Origin: a virus
IMG/VR virus record: IMGVR_UViG_3300047494_000229
Span: 10,273 to 74,272 of that record
DNA: 64,000 bases
Direction: 5' to 3' (one strand)
Part shown: in pieces, positions 19,271 to 28,575 of the stretch
How the letters are laid out: each line of letters opens with the position of its first letter
Numbering within the stretch: position 1 is the first letter of the stretch
Translations under genes and position numbers: made by a program
Notes under the pieces: generated by a model
Seen by the model: only the letters and a program-made list of their open reading frames with translations
Told to the model about the DNA's origin: nothing
Databases searched by the model: none

Positions 19271-20341
19271 ATGCAATCGCTTGGGTATCTCATGCAAGTA
19301 TCAACTTTTAAAATTGGCTCCATTGCCTCTGGTATGGGGATGCATCTGCACGGGTTAAAAAAGATTGGTGGGGTTCCCGTGTGGGCGATTGAATGCGATG
19401 AGGCGATCACCCGTTGTTACCAGCAAAACCATCCAGAGTCCCGCATTATTTGTAATAAAGTCCAAGATGTGGCGATTGATGATTTAGAAGATATCGATTG
19501 CCTCACAGTTACACTCAGCTGTAAAAATGCCTCAATTAGTCGAGGTGCTGATTGGGGTGAGACTGAGCAAGATACAGCAGCAGCAACGGCAGCGGCGAAT
19601 ATTCTTCGGGGTAAGCTACCAAAGTTCTTTTTGCTAGAAAATGTCTGGAGATATCGCACATTTGAATCTTTCCGCATTTTCAAGTCTGCACTGGCTGAAT
19701 GCGGCTACTATTTCCGTTACTACAAACTTAATTGCAAAGATTGGGGCGTGGCCCAATCACGCGATCGCCTCTATGGAGTTGGCGTAAGACACGGAGCATT
19801 TTGGGACATCACTGAGCCTTCACTTCCTATCTTGGGATGGTATGAGGCGATCGCTGATATGATTCCAGAATTGCCTCTTGTCAAGCTTGCACCTTGGCAG
19901 ATAAAGAAGTTTCCATGTCTGGACTCTACTTGTTTAATCCCCGACCATTCCAACTGGACAAGCCTTGTTTCTGTTGCTCAACCTGCACTAACGGTAAGAG
20001 CGGGGCATCAATCATTCAAAGCATTGATTAAACACGCTGGGGGCGGTCGGGACAATGATCGCCTCTACCACTCTGACGAACCATCATTTACGATTCGGGC
20101 GCTAGGAAGAAGCGCAGATCACCATTCAAAATTGGCGGATGCGATTATAGGGGATAGAGTCGTTGCAGTCACTCCCCGCGCTTGTCTACGCTTCTTTGGG
20201 GACAAGGAAACAGCAGATAGTATTTGGTTGCCTCCTACCAAGTCACTGGCTATGGAGGTAGTGGGGAATGGGGCATCATGGGTGATGTTTGAGGCATTGG
20301 GGCGATCGCTATTTTCGACCCCAAACTGTCGGGGTACGTAG
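19271..20341 (+). CDS. C5-cytosine DNA methyltransferase, atypical
   Basis: ASGMG (motif I), ENV (VI), QSRDR (VIII), VGNG (X); motif IV reads TLSC rather than PPC. Confidence 0.8.
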   Translation: MQSLGYLMQVSTFKIGSIASGMGMHLHGLKKIGGVPVWAIECDEAITRCYQQNHPESRIICNKVQDVAIDDLEDIDCLTVTLSCKNASISRGADWGETEQDTAAATAAANILRGKLPKFFLLENVWRYRTFESFRIFKSALAECGYYFRYYKLNCKDWGVAQSRDRLYGVGVRHGAFWDITEPSLPILGWYEAIADMIPELPLVKLAPWQIKKFPCLDSTCLIPDHSNWTSLVSVAQPALTVRAGHQSFKALIKHAGGGRDNDRLYHSDEPSFTIRALGRSADHHSKLADAIIGDRVVAVTPRACLRFFGDKETADSIWLPPTKSLAMEVVGNGASWVMFEALGRSLFSTPNCRGT

Positions 20342-20488
20342 TTTCCATTACTCACGATCCAGAATACGAACTGGGCTTAGTTTTGAACGATTGAAGAATT
20401 ACACTGAATCGATCACTCTTCTAGATAATTGGTGGCTAATTTATTCAATTGAGGAAAAATTTACGCCGAATTTGTAAGTGTGACAGTT

Positions 20489-20721
20489 ATTGTGCCACTT
20501 TCTCTACTAGATATCTTGCAAATAATCTCAGTTAGATATATAGTAGATATATACCGAAGAGGAGAGCAAACAAATGAACATCACAATCACAGCACAAAAG
20601 CCAGTAAGCGAATTTTTAAAAGTAGCACAAGAGCTAGTTACTGAAGTTCAAGAATGGGCAAAAGTTTTGTGGGTGCGGGTTCTTGGTTGTCGTCCTCAAT
20701 TTGTAAGTAAAAAGGTAATTA
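20489..20721 (+). repeat. Direct repeat copy 1 (promoter + RBS + 49-codon leader)
   Basis: Homologous to 21383-21615; contains TTGCAA-17-TATAGT. Confidence 0.9.
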
Positions 20722-21029
20722 AAAATCAAATGACACCCTTTCCCTTTGAACAACTCAAACAAGAAGTCGTCTCACGCTTCAATGAAGCTGCCTGGCAGCA
20801 TTTATTGGAATGGTCAACTGAACTGACAGAGAAAAATGATAATTGGTTCCTTTCTAAAATTGCGCCATCTGGTCGCCTAGAATTCCGAGCTTTTTACGAG
20901 CGTCTGCAAGCGCTTGAAGTGGCAGTGGCGACAAACGATCATACCAAAGAAAAAGCCTTTCGGCTTTCTGTTATCACCCCTGAAGAAATGGTGGCACGCA
21001 AGGCACGCGCTGCTATGTTTTTACCCTAG
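20574..21029 (+). CDS. Leader-domain fusion protein 1
   Basis: MNITITAQKPVSEFL...SKKVI leader followed by a unique C-terminus. Confidence 0.7.
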   Translation: MNITITAQKPVSEFLKVAQELVTEVQEWAKVLWVRVLGCRPQFVSKKVIKNQMTPFPFEQLKQEVVSRFNEAAWQHLLEWSTELTEKNDNWFLSKIAPSGRLEFRAFYERLQALEVAVATNDHTKEKAFRLSVITPEEMVARKARAAMFLP

Positions 21030-21177
21030 TGAATACTGAAAAATCCTGGCAGGAGATAGAATCCTGCCCCGAACAAATACCTGATTTGTTTCAGTCCCAA
21101 AAAGAGCAAGATGCTTGGTTTGATTCTGAGGTTGAGCCAAGCCTAAAAATAGAAGAAATTAAGGAGGAAGAAAAAGA

Positions 21178-21381
21178 ATGAAAACTTACGGATTTTGTTA
21201 CGTTCCTAATCGCGGCTATTGGGTTGGAGGATTTGGTGAAAATGCTGAATTTGCTCCACGCATTGAGGGTGCAGGGATGTTTGCATTAGATTCTCCATCA
21301 CTAAAAAAAGCCATCAATGATTTTGGTGGCAAGCTTGAAAAACTTTCATTTAACCAGCCAATGCAAGCGCAATGTAATTAA
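21178..21381 (+). CDS. Small hypothetical protein
   Basis: AGGAGG RBS; ends at the start of repeat copy 2. Confidence 0.55.
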   Translation: MKTYGFCYVPNRGYWVGGFGENAEFAPRIEGAGMFALDSPSLKKAINDFGGKLEKLSFNQPMQAQCN

Positions 21382-21382
21382 A

Positions 21383-21615
21383 ATTGTGCCACTTTCTCTA
21401 CTAGATATCTTGCAAATAATCTCAGTTAGATATATAGTAGATATATACCGAAGAGGAGGGCAAACAAATGAACATCACAATCACAGCACAAAAACCAGTA
21501 AGCGAATTTCTGCAAGTAGCACAAGAACTAATCACTGAAATTCAAGAGTGGGTGAATGTGTTGTGGGTGCGTATCGTTGGTTGCCGTCCTCGGTTTGTAA
21601 GTAAAAAGGTAATTA
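21383..21615 (+). repeat. Direct repeat copy 2
   Basis: Lies 894 bp downstream of copy 1. Confidence 0.9.
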
Positions 21616-21887
21616 TGTCAAATCTAATTCAAGTTGCAGTATCAAAAGAGGCTGTAATTTTAGATAGAAATCAATCCATAGCTTATGTAATTAGGCAGAA
21701 TTTCGCTAAAAAATTCAATCCTATTAATAGGGATTTAAGAATGATTGATTATTCTTCGGTTGATGGTGAAAAAATTGAGCAAGGCAGTGAAGAATACAAA
21801 TCGGTATTTGCAGCCTACGGCTGGCATTTACCGTATTTAGAGGTGCATGGGGAGCCATACACTTGCAAGTATCCTGTAGGTTACTAA
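21468..21887 (+). CDS. Leader-domain fusion protein 2
   Basis: Same leader as 20574-21029, different C-terminus. Confidence 0.7.
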   Translation: MNITITAQKPVSEFLQVAQELITEIQEWVNVLWVRIVGCRPRFVSKKVIMSNLIQVAVSKEAVILDRNQSIAYVIRQNFAKKFNPINRDLRMIDYSSVDGEKIEQGSEEYKSVFAAYGWHLPYLEVHGEPYTCKYPVGY

Positions 21888-21896
21888 TCAAAAAAA

Positions 21897-22178
21897 ATGA
21901 AAATGACCATAGCGCAAATTAAAAATACAATCAATGACACAACAGATAAACGACTGTTAAATAATCTAGAATTTGCCAAAACTCTAATGAATTTGGCATT
22001 GCCAGAATCACTAAAAAACGAGCAACAGCAACGCTCAATTTTAGCTGATACCATCTACTGCATGATCCAATGCAAATTGGATGAGATTTCAAATTGCAAC
22101 AAACTTTACACATTAGGGGAATTGTATTTTTCTTTAAAAATCCCCAAACAATTCTTAGAGACAAATGCCAAAAGGTGA
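21897..22178 (+). CDS. Hypothetical protein
   Basis: Operon-packed ORF. Confidence 0.45.
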   Translation: MKMTIAQIKNTINDTTDKRLLNNLEFAKTLMNLALPESLKNEQQQRSILADTIYCMIQCKLDEISNCNKLYTLGELYFSLKIPKQFLETNAKR

Positions 22179-22548
22179 AAATCCCAACTCCCAGCGCAAC
22201 TTAGTTGCTGGGAAGAACAAAAAACCCAACTCAAAAAAAACGCCCATGCAACTTTCTGGAGTCGCTAGGGAGACAGCTAAAAGAGCTGGAAATGGCAATA
22301 TGACAGAAGGTGTAGAGCGATCGCTTGCACTATATGAGCAAATGAATCAAGATAGACTGTTTGTGCAGTCTCCAGTGTTTGTCAGAGTTAAGTTTTTGAT
22401 AGAAGTGATCGCTCATTCTAAATCTGAATTTTCAGAGCAGGCGGAAGCATTGCTTTATGAATTAGAAGATTTATTTATTGAAGAATCCCATCATGATGCG
22501 GTGTTAGATGGGGCGATTGAATTGAAGGGTGGTGCATATATAGTCTAA
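22165..22548 (+). CDS. Hypothetical protein, possibly DNA-binding
   Basis: NPNSQRNL N-terminus; RHH-like AKRAGNGNMTEGVER. Confidence 0.5.
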   Translation: MPKGENPNSQRNLVAGKNKKPNSKKTPMQLSGVARETAKRAGNGNMTEGVERSLALYEQMNQDRLFVQSPVFVRVKFLIEVIAHSKSEFSEQAEALLYELEDLFIEESHHDAVLDGAIELKGGAYIV

Positions 22549-22622
22549 TAATTGTTGCAGAGTACTAGCAATACTCTGCAATGTTTTTAGTTGAAAGGTA
22601 AGAGGAGTAGAGGAGTAAACTT

Positions 22623-23141
22623 GTGCTTTATAACCATTACGGCATACCCCAAACACGCGATCGCTCCTATGGCGCAGTCGCAGCCCTCACCTATTGGGTT
22701 TTTAAGTGCAGGGATAGAAGAAAGTCCCCAGCGATGGGGATAAAAACCTGGACTTTCTTGGAATCCAGTATCAGAAATTCGGCAGAGATATCTTCTACTT
22801 TGGAAGATTATTTACAGCGACTTTGTGACAAACTTTTCTCCCAACTCCGTCCAGTGGAGTTGACTAAAATAATTCAGCCACAGCAGCGCATCTTGAGAGT
22901 AAATCTTGATGCAACTGAAATCAAAGAATTGCCAATTGACCAAAACTTAGTTTTTATGGGCTGGCTAGATTTGGTTGCTGATATTGCGCCTCACGGTTTT
23001 AGTGAGTGGGACTTACTTGAGTTATGTCGCACCAAAGCGGGGATAATTCAAGTGCTTTGTCGCCTCAAATTTGAAGAGGATCGGGCATTAAGGATGGATG
23101 AGCCGGAAGATGCTATTGAGGTAGGAGCAATTGAATTATGA
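22623..23141 (+). CDS. cas11: Type IV-B small subunit (Cas11-like)
   Basis: All-helical with W..LESSIRNSA...TLEDYLQRLCDKL; located upstream of csf2. Confidence 0.6.
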   Translation: MLYNHYGIPQTRDRSYGAVAALTYWVFKCRDRRKSPAMGIKTWTFLESSIRNSAEISSTLEDYLQRLCDKLFSQLRPVELTKIIQPQQRILRVNLDATEIKELPIDQNLVFMGWLDLVADIAPHGFSEWDLLELCRTKAGIIQVLCRLKFEEDRALRMDEPEDAIEVGAIEL

Positions 23142-23299
23142 AGGAAATCAAAGAAGTCGCTAGCGCCCTAATTAATTTGCAAGATCACGGTGGTGATTGT
23201 ATGTGCAATATCTGCCAAAAAGACCAACAAACGATTGAGAAAAATCCTGAGATAGCGGAACAACTTACTGTATTGGTGAACAAAAAAATAAATGTTTGA
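23138..23299 (+). CDS. 53-aa HxxxCxCxxC microprotein A (not in ORF track)
   Basis: MKEIKEVASALINLQDHGGDCMCNICQKDQQTIEKNPEIAEQLTVLVNKKINV; GGAG RBS; overlaps both neighbours; paralog at 32004-32171. Confidence 0.85.
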   Translation: MKEIKEVASALINLQDHGGDCMCNICQKDQQTIEKNPEIAEQLTVLVNKKINV

Positions 23300-24431
23300 A
23301 AATTACGACATCTGTGATCGTTGCCGCCTAACTCTCCACTGCGTTTTCACCCCCCAACTTCCTTTGTCTCACATTGGGGAAGTGTCAGGAAATGTCAGCA
23401 ACTTAAAAACAGTGAAGCTGCTTGATTTGGAGGGACAATCAAGACAGTGCTTTGTGTATTCAGGGAACGCCATTCGCAACGGTATTTTGCGGCGGGTTGG
23501 TGTAGCAGCTGCCCTTACAGATTTGGAATTACAAGTCAACCCCGACGTGCATCAAACCATGTTCGCCGGTGGACGAATTGACGGTAGCACCGCATCAGAC
23601 ATGGAGTTAGACAAGAAAATCCGTACCTTTTTGCCGTGGCTTTCAGTGCTGGGAACCGCCAAACCCACAAAAGTATTTGGTTCCAAGGATCCTCAAATGG
23701 TTGCAGGGCGGATTAATGTCGGCTCTGCTCATTTAATCTGTTACGAATCAGCTGCTTACATTTACAATCAAATGCCAGGGATGCTGCCTCCAGAGGCGTT
23801 AGAGGGAATTGGGAAAATATTGGAGGCGCAGAAGGCGATCACCCTTGACCCAATGAGTTTACCAACAGCAGAGGCGATCGCCGCTTACAACGAGGTGAAG
23901 GCACAGTATCTACCATTGCTCCGTAAAGTGCTGCGGACATGGACAGAATTTATCACGGTTGACCAAACTACCCGCCGTGACAGTCTTCTTGACCCCAATT
24001 TAATTAAGTTTCTTCCCCCTGAAGCACAGAATTTATTGAAAGGGGAAGGGGGGAAGGAGAAGAAGTCTGACCAAATGATTGCGGGCGATCGTTTGATTAT
24101 GGCGGGGTCAAAACTTTACTCGCGTTGGGATTTAAACACGACATCCGTGGAAGAAGGTTGGGTGTATGATGCATTACTGAAGTTCGATGAATCTCCGTAC
24201 CTTGGAGGGAAGGGGCAAAGGGGTAACGGGCTTATATCCCTAGATATTTGGTATCAATCGGGTAAAGATTCTGGGATATTGTGCAGCATTGGTAAGCGTG
24301 CAGAGTCGGGGTTGTTGAGCGATAGATTCCAAGAACAGCACGGACGTTACAGAGAGTATATCAATCAATACCGCGAGTTCTTGACGGAAGCAAAAGACTC
24401 CAGCGAGTTAAAAAGTTTGTTAGGAAATTAA
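23292..24431 (+). CDS. csf2: Type IV CRISPR Cas7-like backbone subunit Csf2
   Basis: PLSHIG, SGNAIR.GILRR, FAGG, GRINVG...C.E, TRRD, QMI, Gly-rich loop LGGKGQRGNG. Confidence 0.88.
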   Translation: MFENYDICDRCRLTLHCVFTPQLPLSHIGEVSGNVSNLKTVKLLDLEGQSRQCFVYSGNAIRNGILRRVGVAAALTDLELQVNPDVHQTMFAGGRIDGSTASDMELDKKIRTFLPWLSVLGTAKPTKVFGSKDPQMVAGRINVGSAHLICYESAAYIYNQMPGMLPPEALEGIGKILEAQKAITLDPMSLPTAEAIAAYNEVKAQYLPLLRKVLRTWTEFITVDQTTRRDSLLDPNLIKFLPPEAQNLLKGEGGKEKKSDQMIAGDRLIMAGSKLYSRWDLNTTSVEEGWVYDALLKFDESPYLGGKGQRGNGLISLDIWYQSGKDSGILCSIGKRAESGLLSDRFQEQHGRYREYINQYREFLTEAKDSSELKSLLGN

Positions 24432-24519
24432 TTTGAATTGGTACTTGCCAATTCAAAAACACTTTGCTGCTATTGGTACATACCAAAATAAAAGGGCGGT
24501 AGAGCCCAAAGGATAAAAA

Positions 24520-24633
24520 ATGAAGCTAATCAAAGAAACAGTGAATGGACAAGAGTGGACTAACGGTCACAGGGATTCATGGGTGCAGCTTGCCATCCTG
24601 GAGAAAGGCAAGAAGGCGGTTCTCACTGCATGA
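24520..24633 (+). CDS. 37-aa ORF coupled to csf3
   Basis: MKLIKETVNGQEWTNGHRDSWVQLAILEKGKKAVLTA; AAGGA RBS; ATGA overlap with csf3. Confidence 0.4.
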   Translation: MKLIKETVNGQEWTNGHRDSWVQLAILEKGKKAVLTA

Positions 24634-25352
24634 AACCATTGAAAATAACTGCCGTAATGGGAAGTGCGATCGCCTGCTACGACTCCTATTCTCCAAGTTT
24701 AGATTCGCTCCTTGAGTGGCTAATACTGGATAAATTAAACCTCACTTCTCCCAATCCCACACCGGAACAAGTAGAAGCGACGCGCCCCATAGTTGACCGA
24801 GAGATGCCATTAGCCAAAGGCGAAGTTATGGGTGAATGGTATTGGCAGGTTTCTTCACCCTGCTACCGCATTGTGAGCGAATATACAGATAGATACCGCA
24901 AGCGCTGGCAGCCAGGAATTGACAGTCCTCCTCCAGCGTGGGGAAAACGTAAGGCTAAATGGTCAACTTCTGAAGGGGCAGAGAAGAATTACGATCTGCC
25001 TTTATATTGTCGTAATACTCCGGCAATTAATTGGTATGCGGTGGGGGATAGGGAGGCGATCGCCCAACTCCTACAAAACTGTACCCATATTGGCAAGAAG
25101 CGATCTTATGGCAATGGACAGGTTTTGCGATGGCAAGTTGAACCAATAAAAGAAGACTGGCATCTGTGGCGTGATGATAAACTTATGCGTCCTATGCCAT
25201 ACAGGTTGTTATATTCAGATCCGCGAATTTTGCAAAATGAACCTGTAATGATGAATTGGGGATGGCGTCCGCCTGCGTGGTTGCCTAGCAATAAAGAAGT
25301 GTGTGTAATGCCAAAGGGGAGTGTATGCCACTTAACTACGGCACAGGTTTGA
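24630..25352 (+). CDS. csf3: Type IV CRISPR Cas5-like subunit Csf3 (likely start MKPLKITA at 24630)
   Basis: PLKITA, LDSLL, WYAVGD, IGKKRSYGNGQV, RP.P, RPPAW. Confidence 0.88.
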   Translation: MKPLKITAVMGSAIACYDSYSPSLDSLLEWLILDKLNLTSPNPTPEQVEATRPIVDREMPLAKGEVMGEWYWQVSSPCYRIVSEYTDRYRKRWQPGIDSPPPAWGKRKAKWSTSEGAEKNYDLPLYCRNTPAINWYAVGDREAIAQLLQNCTHIGKKRSYGNGQVLRWQVEPIKEDWHLWRDDKLMRPMPYRLLYSDPRILQNEPVMMNWGWRPPAWLPSNKEVCVMPKGSVCHLTTAQV

Positions 25353-26074
25353 CCGCGCCTTGGATGAAGAAAAAAGTAGATAGGGCGATCGCTTGTATTG
25401 AAGACTGGGTAAGTAAGTGTGATCGCCTCTGCTATACCTCAACTAGTGGTGGCAAGGATTCCTTGGTAACTGCTCACCTCATCCGCCACGTTTACCCTAG
25501 CTGCCCAATGGTGTGGATCAATCAAGGGCATTTAGCAGAGTGGCCTGACTGCATTGAACTATTGCAGTTTTTAAAAACTCAGGGATGGAACATCGTTGAA
25601 CTATGTCCAGTGCGCGATTTGTGGCATTTGTACCTCGACTTGGGCATTCCATTGGAAGGGAAAATGGACACCAAAGCAGATAAAATAATAAACCAACGGT
25701 TAATGTACGACCCGTTGGAAGAGTACCAAGAGCTTAACAATATCAAGGGTTACGCTTGGGGTATTCGTAAAGATGAAAGTCGCAACCGCGCTTTTTACTT
25801 GCGGAAGTGGGGAGAATTACACCAACTGAAAAACGGACTGTGGTGTTGTTCGCCTGTGGCATTTTGGACGGTACAAGATATCTGGCTATATATTGACCAG
25901 CAGAAATTGCCTTATCCTGCCATGTATGACCGCGATCGCCTCACCATCCGCAACGGGCCACCCATTGGTACAACCGGGGTAAACTGGGGGCGGTTGGCGG
26001 AACTCAGAAAACACCACCCTGATTTGTGGCAGCAGTTTGTAGAGAAATTTCCAGAGGTGCGAGATTATGGCTGA
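25325..26074 (+). CDS. cysH: CysH-like PAPS reductase family protein associated with type IV-B
   Basis: SGGKDS PP-loop, GIRKDESRNR, P...WT..DIW.YI....LPY. Confidence 0.88.
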   Translation: MPLNYGTGLTAPWMKKKVDRAIACIEDWVSKCDRLCYTSTSGGKDSLVTAHLIRHVYPSCPMVWINQGHLAEWPDCIELLQFLKTQGWNIVELCPVRDLWHLYLDLGIPLEGKMDTKADKIINQRLMYDPLEEYQELNNIKGYAWGIRKDESRNRAFYLRKWGELHQLKNGLWCCSPVAFWTVQDIWLYIDQQKLPYPAMYDRDRLTIRNGPPIGTTGVNWGRLAELRKHHPDLWQQFVEKFPEVRDYG

Positions 26075-26723
26075 TTTGTGTTACCTCTGCGGAAAACCTG
26101 CAACCAAACCACTAGAACTCAAGGATAGTTTCACCAGCCATTCTCAATGCCGCATCCCCACATCAAATAAGATGTGCGATCGGTGTCACTCAACAATTGC
26201 CGGCGACCAAAAACAACTCTGGTACTGGAACGAGGGTAAAAATAAGTGGAGCAAATTGTGGGGGCGATCGCTCTCCCGAATTTATCAAGGCGATAAACTA
26301 CTCGCTCCCGTGATTGAAGGGGAAAAGGAAGGTTTGCCAATAGTCAAAAACCTGCTTACCCGTGTTGAACTTCGCGGTTTTTTACTTAATCCCCCACAAC
26401 CGCCATTTACTATAGCGATCGCCGAGTCAGGGCAGAAGCATATTCTGCCGTGGGCACAAGAGGCGTTAAACCGTGTCATTTTCCCAGTACAATTCGAGCT
26501 TGATACTGTGTATATAGTTTACGCCCAATTTACTGTGCTACTGGGCTTTTATGAGCAGATGATGACGCTGGGATTTTCAAAAACTGAGATTGACACTGGG
26601 GATTATCGGAGCGACAGATTGATGCAAAATCTAGAAATTTGGGAGCCACTGGAAGAGGTGATCGCCCCGATGCGTGGAACGAGATTGTTACAGTTAATTT
26701 CTTTTGTGGGACAAATTCAGTGA
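26067..26723 (+). CDS. csf1: Type IV CRISPR Cas8-like subunit Csf1
   Basis: CYLCG...CDRC Zn finger; LLNPPQPPF.IAIAESGQKH. Confidence 0.85.
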   Translation: MADLCYLCGKPATKPLELKDSFTSHSQCRIPTSNKMCDRCHSTIAGDQKQLWYWNEGKNKWSKLWGRSLSRIYQGDKLLAPVIEGEKEGLPIVKNLLTRVELRGFLLNPPQPPFTIAIAESGQKHILPWAQEALNRVIFPVQFELDTVYIVYAQFTVLLGFYEQMMTLGFSKTEIDTGDYRSDRLMQNLEIWEPLEEVIAPMRGTRLLQLISFVGQIQ

Positions 26724-27529
26724 AACCCTACAAACTGCCTAAAGGTTATTTGAATTTCCAACAATTCAATAACCACTTGAGTCAAATACAATTAGTTAAA
26801 CCCAAACCTATTAATGTTTTGGGAATGCCAGAGGTAGCAAATAATCTATCCCATATCTATAGTAAATGGTCACAGGGATACCCTTTATACTGCGTCAGAC
26901 CTAATCTACTAGAAGAGATGTTAGAAACCGATGTTGGCGAAAATCTAGCACTATTTACTGACATCAATTTAGCAATCCCATCTTATGTTTTGTTTTTACC
27001 TCAATATCAGATTAAATCCCCTTGCGGTAAGGGTTGTATTGATTATCTGGTTATCAATCATGAAGAGTTAGATTTGCCAGAACATAAACACGCGATCGCT
27101 TGGGGCGGTGTTGATTCCAATGATGGATTGTTCTTAGCGTACAAGCGAATTCGCAGGGATGGAACCTTACAGCGATCGCGCTTTGGGACTGAGGATAAAG
27201 AACAACAAGAACAGTCTTTATTACTCAGAAATATAGCATTGCAATCAGTTCTTCTGCTGCAATACTATCCAGAAATTGAAGAGCAAATTACCATTGTGCC
27301 TGGGAAAGAAAAGGGATTTGGTGGGAATAAATTAGAATCCCCTTTTCTACTCCCTCGCTGGTTAGGGAAAGAATCAAAATCGTCGCCAAGCTCAAGCACC
27401 GGTAAAAGTGGTGCATCTAAAGCTACGCATTTTCGGCGGGGGCACTGGAGGGCGCAGCCATGCGGAAAAGGTAGGGCAGAAACAAAAATAACCTGGGTAC
27501 GCCCTGCATGGGTAGCTGGCAACAATTAG
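26720..27529 (+). CDS. Conserved phage protein (likely GTG start at 26720)
   Basis: C-terminal HFRRGHWRxQPCG...WVRPxWV motif. Confidence 0.65.
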   Translation: MKPYKLPKGYLNFQQFNNHLSQIQLVKPKPINVLGMPEVANNLSHIYSKWSQGYPLYCVRPNLLEEMLETDVGENLALFTDINLAIPSYVLFLPQYQIKSPCGKGCIDYLVINHEELDLPEHKHAIAWGGVDSNDGLFLAYKRIRRDGTLQRSRFGTEDKEQQEQSLLLRNIALQSVLLLQYYPEIEEQITIVPGKEKGFGGNKLESPFLLPRWLGKESKSSPSSSTGKSGASKATHFRRGHWRAQPCGKGRAETKITWVRPAWVAGNN

Positions 27530-27542
27530 AGCCACTTTGGAA

Positions 27543-27654
27543 TACCCGACTTCTGCAAGAAGTCGGGTAAAGGGTAAAGGAAAATTCTATCCTTTTCCCC
27601 TTTAACCTTTCCCCCTTTCCCTACAAGAGTACAAAAGGTACTTTTGCACTCTTG
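27543..27654. repeat. Cluster of hairpins and STRR-type repeats closing the type IV operon
   Basis: TACCCGACTTCT-GCA-AGAAGTCGGGTA; AAAGG/CCTTT tracts; imperfect IR ACAAGAGTACAAAAGGTACTTTTGCACTCTTGT. Confidence 0.6.
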
Positions 27655-27802
27655 TCTACTCATCCTCCCTACTTCCCGTAAAAATTATTGGGTAAGGGGT
27701 TGACATTTACCCGTCACTTACCCGATACTATTTACATACGAGGGCGATGGCGATCGCCTTCCAAACAATTGAAAAACCAAAAGTGAAATATAGGAGAAAA
27801 AC

Positions 27803-28519
27803 ATGATTGAGTCAATTTTGAAACTTGCTAACTTCGGATTTGTAAAACCATTTACAGCATTAATAGAGCAAAGATGCCAAGGCAGTATGCTTGATGTGAT
27901 TGATGGAGTTCTAGAATTTGATTTGTCCTTGATAGACAGACAAGAAATAGATAGCTCCTACAAGATTGAAAACACAGTAAAATTAGTCGCACACCAAACC
28001 AAGTGGTTAAAATCAAAATATTTATCTTGGTATCCAATGATGGATGCTCGGCATCCTGGTAAAGGATTTGATGAAAAGCCACCAATAGAATTGGTGGAAA
28101 AAATTAATCAAATTGACGCGCTTCTTGACATAGCAAGAGCCAAGAAACTTGAACTGCTTCTCCCAACACTCGATAACAATACGCCTGATCCATCCAGAGA
28201 AGAAAGAGTGTATATCTGTAAAGTTGTGGTTAATGATGGGCGCACTGGAGAGGCAATTTATACACCATTGAGATACTCGCTAGAACCTTCTTGCATAGAT
28301 ATCAGATATCTAGAAGAAGTAATTTACAAAGTGCCCTACTATTGGCATGGCAAGTCTGGTTTTTCTGAAATCTACTATTCAGATAAAGAAGTAGTAGAAG
28401 TGGTGGCGATAGATCCATCATTTGAAGGATTAGACCCGCTAGTCTATGGCGGCTGGCAACTGGACAAGGTATTTACTAAAAAAGCCTCCCTCAACAGAGA
28501 GGGGTATAAAGAATACTAA
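27803..28519 (+). CDS. Hypothetical phage protein
   Basis: AGGAG RBS; TTGACA at 27700 upstream. Confidence 0.6.
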   Translation: MIESILKLANFGFVKPFTALIEQRCQGSMLDVIDGVLEFDLSLIDRQEIDSSYKIENTVKLVAHQTKWLKSKYLSWYPMMDARHPGKGFDEKPPIELVEKINQIDALLDIARAKKLELLLPTLDNNTPDPSREERVYICKVVVNDGRTGEAIYTPLRYSLEPSCIDIRYLEEVIYKVPYYWHGKSGFSEIYYSDKEVVEVVAIDPSFEGLDPLVYGGWQLDKVFTKKASLNREGYKEY

Positions 28520-28575
28520 CTCTCACCCTGTAACATTGCGATCGCCAAAAGCGTGATGCCGCTTCATCGAATGAA

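Noticed and set aside
20489-21615. Long direct repeats as a CRISPR array or attL/attR
   Set aside because: They are 233 bp long and contain a promoter and coding sequence, and the enclosed segment has no recombinase
24579-26719. Track start positions 24579, 25301 and 26639
   Set aside because: Downstream starts at 24630, 25325 and 26720 fit family N-termini and overlap coupling better
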